From the NCBI RefSeq assembly GCF_965228995.1, contig NZ_OZ245852.1, forward strand, positions 2,205,493-2,269,492: a stretch of 64,000 nucleotides of DNA, in the 5' to 3' direction. The DNA comes from Novosphingobium sp. (GTDB lineage: Bacteria > Pseudomonadota > Alphaproteobacteria > Sphingomonadales > Sphingomonadaceae). The translations under genes and the position numbers were made by a program. Under the pieces are notes generated by a model. It did no database searches and was not told where the DNA came from. It saw only the letters and a program-made list of their open reading frames with translations. Positions 62,680-64,000 of the stretch are shown here, piece by piece (position 1 is the stretch's first letter; each line of letters opens with the position of its first letter).

Positions 62680-64000
62680 TCAGCGCTGCGCCAGAGCCTT
62701 GTCCTCGTTGGCGCGCTTGATGATATACATCCGGATGGCCTCGGCATCATCCGGCTTCAGCGCCGACTTGAACGAGACCATGCCCATCTGGTGTAGTTGG
62801 CCGCCGATCACGATCGCCTTCACGGCCTCGGCCGAGCCGATCACGCCAGAGTGGCGCAAGTCGGGGTTGAGGCTTCCGGAGATTGCGGCATCGCCGTGGC
62901 ACATGGCGCAATAGCGGCCGTAAAGCTGCCCGCCGTGTGTCGCCTGCGCTACCGTGCCGGTGAAGGGCGGCGGATCGAGGACCATCTGGTTCATCGGCGG
63001 CGGCGCAGGCAGCTGGCCTGATGCGCCGAGCTTGAACACCAGCAGACGGCTGATATTGCGTCCGGCACCGCCCTTGTTCGCGAGCACACCGGTGGCGACG
63101 TCCCACACACCGCCCCAGCCGACGAGGATCGCGACATACTGCTCACCGCCGATCGCATAAGTCATCGGTGCGGCGATGATGCCGCTCTGTGCGGGGAACG
63201 ACCACAGCTTCTCGCCCTTGTCGGCGGTATAGGCCACGAAATCGCCGCTTGAAGTGCCCTGGAACACGAGATTGCCCGCAGTCGAAAGCACGCCGCCGTT
63301 CGAGGGGCCGACCAGATCGATCTTCCACGCGGCCTTCTTGTTCGCGACGTCCCACGCGACCAACTGGCCCTTGGTCGCCGCCTTGGCGCCTTCCTGGATC
63401 TTGAGGTTGGCCGGCATCGACACCGCATAGCCATCCATGCCGATCTTCCAGCCGATCGAGGTCGGCTTCCAGTCCTTGGCCGCAAGGTAGGGCCAGCCGG
63501 CAAGGTTGGTCGGGATGTAGAGATAGCCGGTCTTGGGGCTGTAGCTCTGCGGCTGCCAGCTATGCGCGCCAACCGCGCCGGGGAGGCTGACGAAAGCCTT
63601 GCCGGTTTTCTCATAGCGGGCGTCGGGATTGACGTTCGGACGACCGGTTTCCGGATCGAGGCCGGTTGCCCAGTTGACGGGCACCCACGGCGTCCCGGAA
63701 ATGAACTTGCCGGTCTTCACGTCGAGCACATAGACATGCCCGTTCTTGGGTGCGTGCATGGCAACGTGGCGCTTCTCGCCGCCGATGTTCACGTCCGCGA
63801 TGGTGATCTGCTGGTCGGAATCGAAGTCCCAGCGGTCTTCCGGCGTCTCTTGATAATGCCAGGCATATTGGCCGGTGTCAGCGTTCACCGCCACGATCGA
63901 GGAGGTGTAGAGGCTGTCTCCCTCACGCCCGTTCGCTGCCGGGTTCCACGGCTCGGCATTGCCGGTGCCGAAGAGCACGAGATTGGTCTCGGGATCGTAG
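62680..64000 (-). CDS. PQQ-dependent alcohol dehydrogenase, quinohemoprotein type (propeller plus C-terminal cytochrome c), 5' end outside the window
   Basis: PQQ-ADH W-motifs (WSFPAQSGIIAAPMTY, VAILVGWGG) and a C-terminal CAMCHG haem-c site. The frame remains open to the window edge. Confidence 0.85.
   Translation of the reverse strand, partial: YDPETNLVLFGTGNAEPWNPAANGREGDSLYTSSIVAVNADTGQYAWHYQETPEDRWDFDSDQQITIADVNIGGEKRHVAMHAPKNGHVYVLDVKTGKFISGTPWVPVNWATGLDPETGRPNVNPDARYEKTGKAFVSLPGAVGAHSWQPQSYSPKTGYLYIPTNLAGWPYLAAKDWKPTSIGWKIGMDGYAVSMPANLKIQEGAKAATKGQLVAWDVANKKAAWKIDLVGPSNGGVLSTAGNLVFQGTSSGDFVAYTADKGEKLWSFPAQSGIIAAPMTYAIGGEQYVAILVGWGGVWDVATGVLANKGGAGRNISRLLVFKLGASGQLPAPPPMNQMVLDPPPFTGTVAQATHGGQLYGRYCAMCHGDAAISGSLNPDLRHSGVIGSAEAVKAIVIGGQLHQMGMVSFKSALKPDDAEAIRMYIIKRANEDKALAQR

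Noticed and set aside
1-64000. CRISPR arrays, tRNA/rRNA genes, prophage structural genes
   Set aside because: No regularly spaced direct repeats, no tRNA-like cloverleaf regions in the few intergenic stretches, and no phage capsid, terminase or integrase-like ORFs were seen. The only repeats are the IS inverted repeats, the short leader repeats and the intragenic tpsA and linker repeats.

Overview
This 64 kb window is high-GC alphaproteobacterial chromosome, probably Sphingomonadaceae-like. That guess rests on composition, the many TonB-dependent receptors, PQQ quinoproteins and an IS3/IS407-type IS element; I ran no database search. Nearly all of it is coding. The largest feature is a two-partner-secretion locus of about 19 kb: a 5752-aa TpsA exoprotein with an N-terminal TPS secretion domain, followed by a 4-bp-overlapping ShlB/FhaC-type TpsB transporter. 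It is preceded by a ~300 bp AT-rich leader and sits between the truncated ends of two flanking genes, so it looks like an island. The rest, in order: a PepSY/TonB-receptor/DUF2946 uptake cluster; a DUF898, M48 metalloprotease and flotillin (SPFH) putative operon ending in a clear terminator; rlmJ; a visibly lower-GC islet with a ~600 bp AT-rich leader encoding two secreted GH25 muramidase-like proteins, the second fused to an intact caspase-like (peptidase C14) His-Cys domain; SDR and crotonase genes; an intact IS3-family element with inverted repeats, a 4-bp CACC target duplication and an A7 frameshift site; VOC, nitronate monooxygenase and DUF3237 genes; psiE; a tripartite RND efflux operon with a TetR regulator; a split EmrB-like MFS and EmrA-like pair; and a catabolic-looking cluster with two paralogous amidohydrolase-3 genes, an AraC regulator, a PQQ dehydrogenase, a TonB receptor and a quinohemoprotein alcohol dehydrogenase that runs off the window edge. 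My line-by-line counting disagreed with the ORF-track coordinates by 1 nt in a few places, so refined start positions are approximate to about ±1-3 nt. The ORF-track coordinates are used wherever possible.
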